DNA of 64,000 nt from Asterias rubens (GCF_902459465.1 NC_047063.1:7068001-7132000), one strand, 5' to 3'. Positions 51,415-64,000 are shown, numbered from the stretch's first letter. The notes: generated by a model not told the origin, from the sequence alone. Numbers and translations are program-made.

Positions 51415-52779
51415 CCGCTAATGGTGCAAGGATGGCTTCTACCCACAGCCGCCATCCCCCCCCCCTAATACCACCACCACTACTACCAACAGAAGAACTT
51501 GTAGCAAAACACAAATCCAGATTTTCCACTTCTTAAATTTAATTTCCACAATTTGGCTACAAAAATGTCTGTACAGGTGTGCATAAGACATAAGGTCAGT
51601 GCATTATTAGCATTATTGGCAAGTTCTAGAGTTTGTATGTAATCAAATAGAATCTTTGTCACAAATTTATAGGAACTTTATAAAACAATATGGTCAATTT
51701 ATTGAGACATGTTTTTACAATTCACGATGTATTTGCAAACATTAATTAAATTTGTCCTTTGTCAAAGAACACTATCCTTAGTAATAGTTGGTGTATCTCC
51801 TCAATATTTATGCATAAAAATAATAAACCTGTGCCAATTTGGGCTAAATTTGGCAATAAAAGCTGCAAGAAACAGTGAAAGAAAAACACCATTGCAGTAT
51901 AGAAACAAGTCCATTGACATGCCTCTCATCATGTAGACTTTATCAAGTGAGTTTTATGATCACAAATTAGTAATTACCAACATCTAAGGTATAAAGTCCC
52001 TTTAGAGAGACCAATGCCTTAAATCGAGTGATTTGGTTGTAAAATGCATTGTATGGTTAGAAAGGATGTTTTAAAAGTAGAATAGAATGATCAACACAAG
52101 TATGACTTGAAATTGGGTGGTTTTCCTTTAAAACTTTTACTTATTCGAACTAACATGGTCTGCTTGTCAACAATATGACTAGTTCTAAAACATCATTCTA
52201 AAACAGCATTTCATAACAGGCATGTGGTTTGAAATCAAAATACACTTGCAAGGGTTAAGGTTAAAAAATTGAAATGGCACTGTGTTTATCAAACTTGTTG
52301 CATCTATGATCCATGTCTCTTTATGAATACAGAATAAAGATATTTCAGATAAATTTATTTGAATACAGATTGTTTATGTTTTTGCATTTTGTTGTTCTTG
52401 TGTGTTTTTTGTTACAAAATATCGAAATCTCAAATAATACAATAAATATGATTGTATAAACAATTGGCCATGTACTTCAAATTAAACTTAATCATATGTC
52501 GTTGTGATGAAAACAAACTCTGCTCACATCACATTCAATGATTTGTTGACATAAGTAATGTGCAAAAAAAAAACAATAATAAGTTTAAGTATTGACATGT
52601 GTTAATTTAGGAATAAGAATCTACTTGTTGACAACGGGAAATATTGCCAGTTGTTAAACCTGTTTTGCATAAATCATGTGTAAATGAAAGTTGAAACTAT
52701 CTGGAAATATACCCCTGATTTACAAACACAGTAACCAGGTAGTGTTACTCTATTTCCAGTACCATTCTGACATGACACA

Positions 52780-53680
52780 TGTTGTCTGTGAAGGCTGGCT
52801 GGGTGGAAAAGTCATTTGTTGTGTACATCATGCTGCCCTGGTGTACATGTCATTCCTGTGATGTCGTGCCAACTCTAATGGTGGTCCAGAACAAGGTGCC
52901 TCAAGATCTTTTCAAATATAAACACAAAAATTTTTGAAACAATTAACAAAATAAAAATTGGTTATTTGTACATGTATATGGAATATAAAACCCATGCACT
53001 TGATGTTGATTCATTAAAGTGACATTTTAGCAAATACTACCTCCCTGCAGCCGATTTCACGAAACTTTACGCAACTGCGTGAGTCCACTTGCGCAATTTT
53101 AATGGCGCAAGTTGCTCCATAAACGTTGCACAAGTGGACTTACGCAGTTGCGTAAAGTTTCGTGAAATCGGCTGCTGGTCAAAGACATGATGTTATTTGG
53201 ATGTGGCTGTTCAGTGAGAAGTATTTTGGTAATGCAACGTTGGCGAAGGAGGCTGTTTACAAGTAACTACAATGAATGAAAGCTTAAATTTGTGTTTCCT
53301 TATTAAATGTTTGTTTACACATTTACTTTGTTTCCTTTTTTTTTTGGGGGGGGGACACAGATCAAAATATCATGTAACAAAACTGGACTGCTCTGACAGT
53401 ACATGTGTATATTGTTATACATGCACATGCCATTGACAGTATGAAAAAATCAGTCTCTTACTGCCAAGTTTGAGAAGCATTCATCCGGCCTTTGTTTGCA
53501 GCATGACCTGTCCTGTTGTGTTGGCATCTCCCTACAGTTGGTACAAACCCACCAGCTTGGCAAGAGCTTTGCGGAGGTGGATGATGTGGACTTGGAGGTG
53601 CCGGATTTGATGAGGTCTCCAAGATGTTTACGCCAAGTCCTGGCATCTGCTCACATAGTACCTTCAACAAGAAATTGAAA
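52780..53680 (-). pseudogene. Kolobok accessory gene exons, P2X7 C-terminal (ballast)-like Cys-rich domain
   Basis: Minus-strand translation SWWVCTNCREMPTQQDRSCCKQRPDECFSNLA (about 53455-53610) fits CxxCxxMPTxxExxCC; next exon ILRHLVLD near 52900; a possible first exon lies at about 54230-54335. Confidence 0.65.
53048..53174. mobile_element. Harbinger-like palindromic MITE
   Basis: TIR CAGCCGATTTCACGAAACTTTACGCAACTGCG; CTG on both flanks. Confidence 0.7.
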
Positions 53681-55351
53681 ACCATTGATATAACTTATTA
53701 TATTAGTTCTCAAAAATTTTATTTTTTATTGTTTGAAAGGTCACACTTCTTTGAAAGAATTCGGGTTGACTTGGGTACGAGTTGACTTGGGTACAATATT
53801 TTGGGTAAACTGTTAAAAATATACAAAAAACATTTCATAAATCTGTACTATTTTTAAAATGTACTTCTACAATTTTTACAAAAGCCCTCCCCTTCCCAGC
53901 CAGATAAACGACTCTTTTAATTGTAGCATCAAAGTAAATTAGGGTAAATTATGCCAAGTCATTAGTACGCTGGGCACTCGATTCAAATCCCCACCCCCAT
54001 CTATGCACCGAGTGAATAGATCTACAAAATTATATGTAAACTAGTCATAGTACATGTACATTATGTACTCTCACAACTCAGTGCTGCGGCTGTCTCATGG
54101 CTGTGAATTTACGTGTCATGTCCACAATAATAACTAACAATAACATTGCATTGGGTATAAACAATCACGGTCCGTTCTTACTCTCTTGTCGGCTAGTCCA
54201 TGTCCCACTACATTATTCTTACCCTGATTGGCGAGGTGTCCTTTCCTTCTTTTTGGACGTGTCTTCAATCATCTCTTTGCATAGAGCAATGAGCTGAATC
54301 TGTGTTTTTCGGCGATCCATTTTGACAGCAAAATGGTGTGTTTACATTTCACACAACGTCGTATGGTAGAGAACGGTATATTACCTCGTGTTCTTCTGGT
54401 AGGTTTACCAGGCCATTGGCTACGGCGCCAGCCTAACTGCTGTGCATCGCGCATAAACAGACGATCGTTTTGACGGCTTGAAAAACGTATATATTTCGCG
54501 GGCCATGTTTTGGGGTCAGAGGTCAGTGTTTGTTTCATTAATTACCATTCACTAATTACAACACATTAAATGTGTTTTATTGCAAGAACAACTCTTAATA
54601 AGTATAAGGAACACCCTCAAACGTGAAATTTTGTGAAATCTGAAGGCAACGTGTTCCTTTAAGTGATGCAGATTATTAACATAAATGCCTTTAAATAAAC
54701 ATGTTTGTTTACATAATGTTACCATAGCAACAAAATATTGATATTATTACGATTCCGCTGAAATATGCTGTGAATCAGGCCAACTGCTTATCACCTACCT
54801 GCATATCAAAAATAAAGTCCATATCTGTTTCATTTATGGAAATATGAAGCCTGAAAGTTGTTTACCATTTTTGTTTACTTGTTTACCCCTCATTTTAGCT
54901 CCCTCTTGTCACCTAAATTTTACCATTGTTTCAATTGAGATTTAGAACAAAAAAACCTCTCGACTTCCAATTTTTTATTGACCATAACTTTTTAACCGGT
55001 TCTTCGATTGGACTCATTTTTGCACTATTTAACTCGTGTTTAAATAAACTTTTGATATAAGGAAACAACTGAAGCCTGCCAGCAATAAGAAAATATTCAT
55101 TTCTGACCCTATTAATAGTGTTTGTAGTTAACTCCCAAGTACTTTAATTCCCATTAAAAACGTAAAAATAGCCCATTTTAATGATTTTGTTGTTTACCAT
55201 AGTTTCCATAGCAACGGTTGTTTACACTGTCAACTTTTTTTTTTTTTTTAATTACCAAAATATCAATACAGCATAGCGGGACATATTCTCAAAGTTTTGG
55301 GTCCATAGCATATTTGCTTTTCAAAATAAAGACATTTTCTTTTGTTTACTA

Positions 55352-55483
55352 GGGTAACTTTCCGTATGGCGCCACCACTTTTTCACTCATTTTTACAAAA
55401 AGGGATATATCAATGAGGTAAATTAGATACTATATTATTTCATATCCAATGAAAAAGTGGTGGCGCCATGCGGAAACTTTTCC
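55352..55483. mobile_element. About 130-bp palindromic MITE, copy 1
   Basis: TTTCCGTATGGCGCCACCACTTTTT...AAAAAGTGGTGGCGCCATGCGGAAA. Confidence 0.75.
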
Positions 55484-55787
55484 GTTTACTATGTTGTTTA
55501 CTGTAGTAAACAACAAAACAATGACACTCAAAGAACCATGACATCAATTAGAAAATAGAGACCAAAAAACATGAAATCAAAAAACTAAAAATCTATATAA
55601 CTTCAAAACCGTTCATCTGATTTGAACGATTCAAAGATATTGTTAATCAGAAAAATATTCTCTTCAATATTAGACAAAAACATGCTGCATAACACTATAT
55701 TTAAAAAAAAAAATGGGTTGCAGTCCCTACTATAAACACAGGCTATGCAATGGAGATAAAATTGAGCACATACAGAACATTTGAAAT

Positions 55788-55919
55788 GGATAACATTCCG
55801 TATGGCGCCACCACTTTTTCACTCATTTTTACAAAAAGGGATAACTCAATCAGGTAAATTAGATACTATATTATTTAATTTCGAATGAACAAGTGGTGGC
55901 GCCATACGGAAACTTTTCC
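55788..55919. mobile_element. About 130-bp palindromic MITE, copy 2
   Basis: Near-identical to 55352-55483. Confidence 0.75.
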
Positions 55920-56971
55920 TTTGAAATTTTCATGTGCAGTCCCTACTATCTGAAACTTGAAATTTCTCATTGACATCCCTATTACTGAGGAACACTCAGT
56001 CACTGGTCAGATGGAAATTCAGTCAGAAACCCACCTACCTTGCACCTTGTGTTCTTCCCCCTCCGAGCTTGCATTTGCTTGGTGGTCGTCACTGGGTCAT
56101 GGTCACTGTGTCAGAAATGCCCCTTCGCGGACTCCACCTAGCTCAAGCAACACTGGAAAATGCAGCAACACTGGAAAATCCCGGGCACGAAAACACGAGG
56201 GCGGTCTCCGCTTCTGTGTGAATCTCTTTCCAGTCCCAGACTCCAGTTACCGGTTCGTCACGGGACCATGGTCACCCTTACTCAACTCACTTTATCGTGA
56301 AGAGTAAGCAACCATTTTAGATGATCAGACTTTTGTGTGCTTCGCATTTTAAGGCTTTAAACAGAGGGTTGAACTTCGATGAAAGTAGTCGGAGCTGTTT
56401 TCCACGCACACACAGCTGCAGAAAATAATACACGCATGGCGCTCAAGATTAGGTTTAGTCGGGTGCCTCATGTTACCGCAAACTTTTCTATATCTTACTT
56501 CCACCATGCAAAGTTTCAAATCCTACTTAACTTGATAGTATGTTGTTGATAACGGCGACCACATGAGGGCGCTAGGTAGGTTTGGCGGTGCAAAAATATC
56601 AATTCAATTCAATGTTGTCATCAGAGACTTTTATTTTTCCCGTTTCCATTTCAACAAGGCATACAACAAATATTAGATCAAGTAATAATAACTGCACATC
56701 TCTCAGTGTAATCCCTTTATCTAATTGCTCTATTATAGAATTTCTATAGAAATCTATTTAAAAAGTTTATAGAAAAACCCAGATTTCTATAGAATTCTAT
56801 TGCAGGTTGTAAAGCCATCCGACTTCTATAGAATTCTAAAGTATTACTAAATTGTTTATAAACAACAACATTTCTATAAAATTTAGGTTTCACAGTTGGT
56901 GTATCTCAACATATGCATAAAATAACAAACATATGAAAATTTGAGCTCAATCGGTCATCGAACTTGCGAGA

Positions 56972-59085
56972 AGTTCTAAAAACTAATACTACACCCTCAT
57001 GCTCCATGGTATAGCGATACTTTACGTGCAGCCAAGCAAGTGAAACGTCGTCGTGAGCGAAAGTGGATAAAATCTGGCCTTGCTGTGCATCATGAGTTGT
57101 ATAAAGAACAGTGTACTATATACAGAGACCTTGTAAACAATAGTAAATCTAATTATCATCGCCATCAAATATCCGAGTGCAACCAACGAAGTCTGTTCCG
57201 TGTTATTGACAAGCTTTCTTCTCCGAAGTGTTTGAAAAAGCTTCCAAGTTTTGATAATCCTGTTGATCTTGCCAACAATTTCGCTAGTTTCTTCGAAGAC
57301 AAAATTAAGAAACTGTATGGCAGATTTGATAATAATCAGCCTTCACCCATCTCCGTTGACATTCATGATCATTGTACTTCGTCATTCGCCACTTTTCGTG
57401 TAGTCACTTCTGATGAAGTGATGAAGATGATCAAATCTTGTTCGATTACCTCCTGCAAGCTGGACCCTCTGCCATTATCTGTTTTTAAGGAGTGTTATTC
57501 TGAATTGCTGCCAGTCTTCACAGAGATTATTAATAGATCTTTGTCTTTTGGTCATTTCCCTGATCATCTTAAGGAGGCTTGCATCCTGCCACTTCTGAAA
57601 AAGCAACATTTGGACCCAGAGTGTTTGTCAAATTATCGTCCTATCTCTAACTTGAGATTCATCTCCAAATTGATTGAGCGTGCTGTTGTTAGTCAACTTC
57701 ATGACTATCTCTCCATGAAAATAACCTCCATGCTAAAATGCAGTCTGCTTATCGTCCTTTCCACAGTACTGAGACTGCTCTTGTTCGTGTGCAGGACGAA
57801 ATCTTACGTGCACTGGACAACCATAAGGAAGCAATCCTCGTGCTGTTAGATTGTTCAGCTGCATTTGACACTATCAACCATGAGCATCTCATCCAACGTT
57901 TATCTTCACGCTATGGAATTACTGGAACTGCCCTTAACTGGTTCTCTTCTTATCTGAACAACAGAACCCAGCATGTTCTCATCAACAATGTTAAATCAGA
58001 TCGCCATCATCTCTGGTGTGGTGTTCCACAAGGTTCTGTAGCTGGGCCACTTGAATTTATATTGTTCAGTGCACCCTTGCAAGACCTCATTGCTGCCCAT
58101 GGTATTTCTAGTGTTGCTTACGCTGACGACAGCCAGCTTTACATTACATTTGATCCAGCTGATCGCGCTTCTGCCATTGCAAAAGTTGAAGTGTGCGTTC
58201 AAGATGTCAAATCTTGGGCGTTGTCAAATAAACTTGCTTTGAATGAATCAAAAACTGAGATTTTATTTTTGAGATCTCGTTTCGCAAAAAAAGATTTCGC
58301 CGCCAACAATACAAATTGCCCAGTCTGTCATTGAACCATCTGAATTTGCCCGTAACCTCGGTGTTATTATGGATTCATCATTGTGCATGAGTAGACATTG
58401 TGATAATGTTTGCAAAGGAGCTCTCATGGCTATTAGGAAAATATCACAAATTCGCCACTACCTGGATGAAGCAACTACTCTTCGTCTTGTTCATGCCTTC
58501 GTCACTACTAGACTTGATTCCTGCAATTCACTTCTGTATGGACTCCCCGATAAAGATCTTGCTAAAATTCAACGTGTCCAGAACACTGCTGCTCGCCTCG
58601 TTTCTTGTCTGCCTCGTTCTCACCATATTACACCTGTACTAATGCAATTGCATTGGCTCCCAGTTAAGTTTCGAACAGTTTACAAAATTCTTCTGTTAAC
58701 TTTCAAGGCTCAAACATGTCAATCTCCTGCTTATTTATCTGAACTTGTTCATCATTATTCCCCTACTCGGACTTTACGATCATCTCAACAGTCATTGCTT
58801 TCTGCTACTAGAGCTTCTTCCATTTGTTATGGCCACAGATCTTTTTCTTACGCCGCACCGTTTCTTTGGAATAGTCTTCCTGTGCATATTCGCCAAGCTA
58901 ATACTTTACAATGTTTTAAGTCCTTGTTGAAAACTCATTTGTTTAAAGCTTTTTTTTTTGTAATTTGCCTATTTGTATCTTGTATCTTTCTCCAATTGTT
59001 TATTTTATTGTTTCTTTAATGCGCTCAGAGGCTTTTGCATTAGGCGCTTTACAAATGTCTTATTATTATTAATATTATTATTATA
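56972..59085 (+). mobile_element. 5'-truncated L2-clade (CR1 group) non-LTR retrotransposon, RT pseudogene
   Basis: NYRPISNL, LLDCSAAFDTINH, GVPQGSVAGP, YADDSQLY, LHWLPV...LWNSLP...FKSLLKTHLF; (TTA)n tail; two frameshifts; inserted in a MITE that resumes as TAATAATGAAAG. Confidence 0.92.
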
Positions 59086-59359
59086 ATAATGAAAGAAAAA
59101 AAACATTGTCAAACGAAGTTGTGTGCGTTTATATGGTTGATTTTGAGACCTCAAGTTCTAAATCTGAGGTCTCGAAATCAAATTCGGGGAAAATTACTTC
59201 TTTCTCGAAAACTTATGGCACTTCAGAGGGAGCCGTCTCTCACAATGTTTTATACCATCAACCTCTCCCCATTACTCGTCACCAAGAAAGGTTTTATGCT
59301 AATAATTACTTTGAGTAATTGCCAATAGTGTCCACTGGTTTATAAGCAGCAACCTAATT

Positions 59360-59732
59360 TCTATAGAATTCTAATATGAAACATCAAATTTTCTATTGAA
59401 TCATACTCCAGATAGCATTTATTGAAAAGAGATTAAATTTCTATAGAATTCTAGTAAAATGTTTTTAAAAGTCCTTTAGAATTCGACTTAAAAAGAATAT
59501 CCCTCGCCAAAAAAAAAAAAAGGGTCTATAGAACTCTGTTGGCCATTTTCTTTATTGAATGTTTTTAACAAATTCTATAGAGGTCCTTTATAGATTTCTA
59601 TACATGTAGTTGTATAGAAAAGTGGCCCACTTTTCTAAAGAATCTCTAAAAAACATTTTCCATAGAATTGTCTAAAGAAATTCTATAGAATTTCTTTCCT
59701 AGAATTCTATACAACTTTTTATATTTTTGTAA
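59360..59732. repeat. TTCTATAGAA-rich subterminal repeats ending TTTTTGTAAGGG (EnSpm-like end); matching repeats at about 56725-56880
   Basis: The same palindromic 10-mer clusters on both sides of the MITE+LINE insertion. Confidence 0.55.
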
Positions 59733-60216
59733 GGGTCATGAATGTTCTTCAGGAAATCATGAAAAACATCCCCAATACATCATGAAACAAGACGGACAAA
59801 GGGTACTGTCTAAAGTAGGATTTTTTTCATGTTGCTTTTTCTTCTCTTGCCATAAGTGGGGAAAACATTTACTATAACTACCAATAATAATAAACGATAT
59901 TTAAACAGCGCTATATCACGGCCGAATGAGCGTATCAAAGTGCTTCTGACAATTTGATTGAGATGCTTCTAGCACAGAATTTGCTAGGCACAAATGACTT
60001 AAAATTGAAAAAAAAGTTACTGGACAAAATGTCATGCCATACATTGCTTGTGAATGGTATTTAGTTGTTGTTTATTTCGCATACCAATTGAATGGAGTCT
60101 TGGCCGGTAATCTGATTCTACTAAACAAGGACCTTAAAGTTTTAGCAAACTTTCTGCTTAAGCACCTCTGTGAATGGGCCCTATGGTCACTATATGGGCC
60201 ATATTTCATTCCTTAA

Positions 60217-60582
60217 AGGCAGTGGACACTATTGGTAATTGTCAAAGACTAGTCTTCACTCAACATATGCATAAAATAACAAACCTGTGAAAATTTGAGC
60301 TCAATCGGTCATCGAACTTGCGAGATAATAATGAAAGAAAAAATACCCTTGTCACACGAAGTTGTGTGCATTTAGATAGTTGATTTCGAGACCTCAAGTT
60401 CTAAACTTGAGGTCTCGAAATCAAATTCGTGGAAAATTACTTCTTTCTTGAAAACTGTGGCACTTCAGAGGGAGCCATTTCTCACAATGTTTTATACCAC
60501 CAACCTCTCCCCATTACTCGTCACCAAGAAAGGTTTTACGCTAATAATTGTTTAGAGTAATTACCAATAGTGTCCACTGCCT
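60217..60582. mobile_element. Kolobok-type MITE (AGGCAGTGGACACTATTGGTAAT TIR)
   Basis: TIRs plus TTAA flanks. Confidence 0.88.
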
Positions 60583-60586
60583 TTAA

Positions 60587-60960
60587 AGACATTGGACACT
60601 ATTGGTAATTGTCAAAGACCAGTCTTCTCACTTGGTGTATCTCAACATATGCATAAAATAAAACACCTGTGAATATTTGAAACCAATTGGTTGACAAAGT
60701 TGCGAGATAGCAATGGGAAAAAAATGCCCTTGTCACACAAAGTTGTGTGCTTTCGGATGCTTGATTTCGTGACCTCAAAATCTAATTCTGAGGTCTTGAA
60801 ATCAAATTCGTGAAAAAATAATTCTTTCTCAAAAATTACTTCACTTCTGAGGGAGCTGTTTCTCACGTTTTATACTTTCAACAGCTCTTCATTACTCATT
60901 ACCAAGTAAGGTTTTATGCTAATAATTATTTTGAGTAATTACCAATAGTGTCCACTGCCT
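60587..60960. mobile_element. Kolobok-type MITE, adjacent to the previous copy and sharing one TTAA
   Basis: TIRs; TTAA at 60583-60586 and 60961-60964. Confidence 0.85.
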
Positions 60961-61679
60961 TTAAACCATCTCATCTCCCTGGGGAGTATTACCAAAACAG
61001 TTTTTATGATTGCAAGTTTAATATGCAAACTGCAGCAAAACATTTGGCCCTACACCATGTGTGCACTGAAATAATATTTTATAGCTCACTGAAAAGCTAC
61101 AGTATCGACCAATACAGAGTTCAAACAGACTTCACTTTGCGACCCATTTGTGTTGGCACGGGTAACACATCAACTGTTGTACTGGGCAAGAGGTTTCCTC
61201 ATCAACCTAAGCTAGCCCTCTCCATGTTTTGCACTTTTCTTAGTATTATATTTATAAGCTTTTTTATTTTTTTTGTCAAACAAACTAATTGAGCATCAGG
61301 ACACACTGTTCAAGAGGCCAATCAGCAGCTTGTTAAGCCCATTTAAATTTACGGGCTGCTACAATTTCTTCAATTTATACACACTTTTAAGTGGTAGTTG
61401 TTTTTAGTTAGAAAACTACAGCAAGAGTGCCACCAAACATCTGTTTGAGTTTACCTTGAATACTGCTAATTGACCTTTCTTCAAATTCATGACTCATCAG
61501 TTGAACTTGCATCTTGATATAATATTAATTTTTCAGTTATGAATGTTTAATTTGTTTCAGATTTCTATTTATTCACTATCCCCTATTTGAGGCATGAACA
61601 GTGTTTGGCAGTGAGTTAGCGAACACAGTATTCTGTGTTGCATCTGTGATGAGTTCACCAACTGCTGCATCTGTGAGGC

Positions 61680-62009
61680 GAGTTGGTCTTTGAAAAGCGT
61701 TTGAAAGCGTTTGTTTATAGATAGGTAATTTAAAAGTACGTATAATAAAATGATCCACACAAACATGCCTTGAAATTGCAAGGTTTCCCCTTTACGTCAC
61801 AAAGAAACACGGTCAGCCATTTTGACTCCATAAAATGGCCGACTGTGTTGGTTCACAACGTTAAAGGAAAACCGTGCATTTCAAGTGAGACTTGTGTGGA
61901 TCTTTATCTGTTAAAATATCTTTCTACATGTAACCATATGCATTTCATAACAAACGGTTTCAAATGCTTTTCAATGACAAACTGGTCCAATCCAAGGCAA
62001 CGTGTTCCT
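61680..62009. mobile_element. Truncated Kolobok-type element related to the ends of 49413-54658
   Basis: Ends GGCAACGTGTTCCT|TTAA; shares ATGATCxACACAAACATGCCTT with about 49520. Confidence 0.65.
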
Positions 62010-62443
62010 TTAAGGAATATGTAGCTTCTAGAGATCTTGAGTCATATCAGAATGTTTGAAGGCATTAATTACAGGATTGCCTCAGTAAGGAATTTTTTTT
62101 AAACATCTCATGGTTAGTCACTCCTTAAATATTGTTGATCCCTACACTAAAGGCGCTCGCACTCTAAATATTGAGTCTGCCAATGCACCCAGGCTACCAG
62201 CTCTACCGGCAGCTTTGGTTTACAACTAGCCGAGTGGCTCCGCATAAGTGCATACTGTCAATCATTTTAAACAAATCCTCAGTGATATCTGTTGTATCAA
62301 CCACCGAATTGGTTTTGACTAAACAACAAATGAAGTGTACGTTTCAAGGAATGCTGCTACGAGCAATAGCGTACAATACCAACGTGTAATACAAACAGGG
62401 CAAACTAAATCTAATCGCTCATCCTCTAAGCAGATCATATCTA

Positions 62444-64000
62444 GGGGAGATGCAGGAGAGTTGAGCCATAAGGAGAGTTGACCCATCCCCCAAAACACCC
62501 CTATCCCATAGAGTGGTTGAGTCCATACGCCCTCTGTTGGTAGTGTCTAACTAAACTTTCTTTTTGGCTACAACGGAGAATGTGAGAGATAAGTGCTCAA
62601 AGTGGGAGTGACAAGAACATCTAAATTCCAATAAAAAGTGAATTTTGGAACTGCAGGTAAGACCCTTTCTATTATTTACATGTTTAGCAATGAATATAGT
62701 GATAATGTGTCTAACATATAGCCTAAATATTGTTGTTTATTATGGTAATTTTAATTGGATCTAATTCCATTGTTATAAATCAAAATCATTTCACATGTCA
62801 AAATGGTTCTCTTATAGGAGAGTTGAGCCAATAAGCATGGGGAGAGTTGATCCATGGATCAACTCTCCTCAAGTGGGTGGCTCAACTCTCCTGCATCTCA
62901 CAAAATCTAATTACACCATGCATCATGTATCATTTTGTCTTACAGAACTTATTGAATTCTTTCAAAGATATCATAGACTAATGATTACTTATCTTTTCTT
63001 AACAGACCACAATGCCTCAGGAATACAAAAGAAAAACAAACCGTGGGAGTAATCCTGATTTTCTTGAACGTGCAGCAGCAGACGTCCAAGGAGGAAGCAG
63101 CATTCGAAGTGCTGCAATCCTGCAAAAGATCATGTTGATCGTTCGACCCTTAAGCGATATATGGAAAAGCAGAGAGATGATCCTGAAGGAGTTAGTGGTT
63201 ATCAGAACTGTAAAATAAAGAACTTGATCTTTCCTCCAGAGATGGAAACTGAGTTAGCCCAGCACATCAAAGATTTGGCAGCAAGTTATCATGGGTTATC
63301 TAAAGAAAAATGTCGCAGCTTGACCTACGAATATGCTATGCGAAACAGAGTTTAAGTTCCCGACAACTGGCAAACCACCCAAAAAGCAGGGCAAAGTTTC
63401 TGGTTGGGATTTAAAAAACGCCACAACCTTGCCATTCGTAGTCCAGAGGCTACTTCGTTAGCACGAGCGACTGCCTTCAATCGTCATACAGTTGGTAAAT
63501 TTTATGACAACTTAGCATCGTCATGGACCAACACAAGTTTCAGGCACAGGACATATACAATTTGGATGAAACTGGGTGCACGACCGTGCAAAAGCCAGGA
63601 AATGTTGTTGCGCCAAAAGGAGTAAAGCAAGTTGGGTCAGTCACGTCTGCCGAAAGGGGGGGGAACTAGTCACGGTGGTCAATACCATAAGCGCCGGTGG
63701 GGCAGTGCTGCCACCGCTGTTCCTATTCCCAAGAGTCAACTACCGCGAGCACTTCATACGTGGGGGTCCAGTAGGCTCCATTGGTGGAGCTACAAGAACA
63801 GGGTGGATCAATACAGAAACTTTCGTAGGGTATATGGACCATTTCATCCACCATACACGATGCACTCCAGAGAGAAAGGTCTTGCTCATCCTGGATAATC
63901 ATGAGGCACACATCTCTCTAGCAGCAGTTGACAAAGCAAAGGCAAATGGGGTAGCTCTGTTAACGATTCCCCCCACACTTCCCACAGGTTACAACCATTA
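62444..64000 (+). mobile_element. pogo/Tigger-like Tc1-mariner element running off the window; transposase pseudogene from 63012
   Basis: TA|GGGGAGATG terminus; psq and CENP-B-type HTH, IYNLDETG, LILDNHEAH, IPPHTSHRLQP; stops and frameshifts. Confidence 0.88.

Larger units (their letters stand above)
49413..54658. mobile_element. Kolobok-type element (5.2 kb), no intact transposase seen
   Basis: TIR AGG(G/A)ACACGTTG; TTAA on both flanks; flanks rejoin the 354-bp repeat; carries P2X7-ballast-like exons. Confidence 0.82.
44195..54735. repeat. About 354-bp tandem repeat, three units; the third is split by the Sola1 and Kolobok insertions
   Basis: Units start at about 44199, 44554 and 44908; the third resumes at 49352-49412 and 54663-54731; each unit carries GTTACCATAGCAAC. 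Confidence 0.85.

Noticed and set aside
52780-53680. Host P2RX7 receptor gene
   Set aside because: No channel or ectodomain exons; lies within transposon TIRs
49413-54658. KolobokP architecture (long terminal direct repeats, His-Me nuclease)
   Set aside because: No 450-660 bp direct repeats or nuclease motif seen at the two ends

Overview
Eukaryotic (animal) DNA, AT-rich, with GT-AG introns. The repeat content resembles sea star/echinoderm sequence, but that is my recollection and cannot be verified here. I find no intact host gene, no RNA gene and no CRISPR array; the window is almost entirely nested transposable elements. The main content is eight divergent copies or fragments of one DDE-type transposase family (D, then SDRAA, then CxxH, then RGNR, then HNxxxE), all on the + strand. 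Three copies start with a conserved MGxxLxxWRQR(I/V)G leader, a hydrophobic helix and a 2A/StopGo motif (GD(V/I)ExNPGP). The best-preserved copies end in a Spindlin-like Tudor domain. One copy of a related subfamily has about 290-bp TIRs and a 9-bp TSD. Also present: an apparently intact Sola1 transposon, a Kolobok-type element with P2X7-ballast-like exons, a pogo-like element running off the right edge, a 5'-truncated L2-clade LINE, an AcademH-like RecQ helicase remnant, a degraded multi-exon BEN-domain gene, coding-derived minisatellites and many MITEs. Nearly every coding relic faces the same way, as in uni-strand piRNA clusters. Protein family calls come from motifs read by eye, not from database searches.
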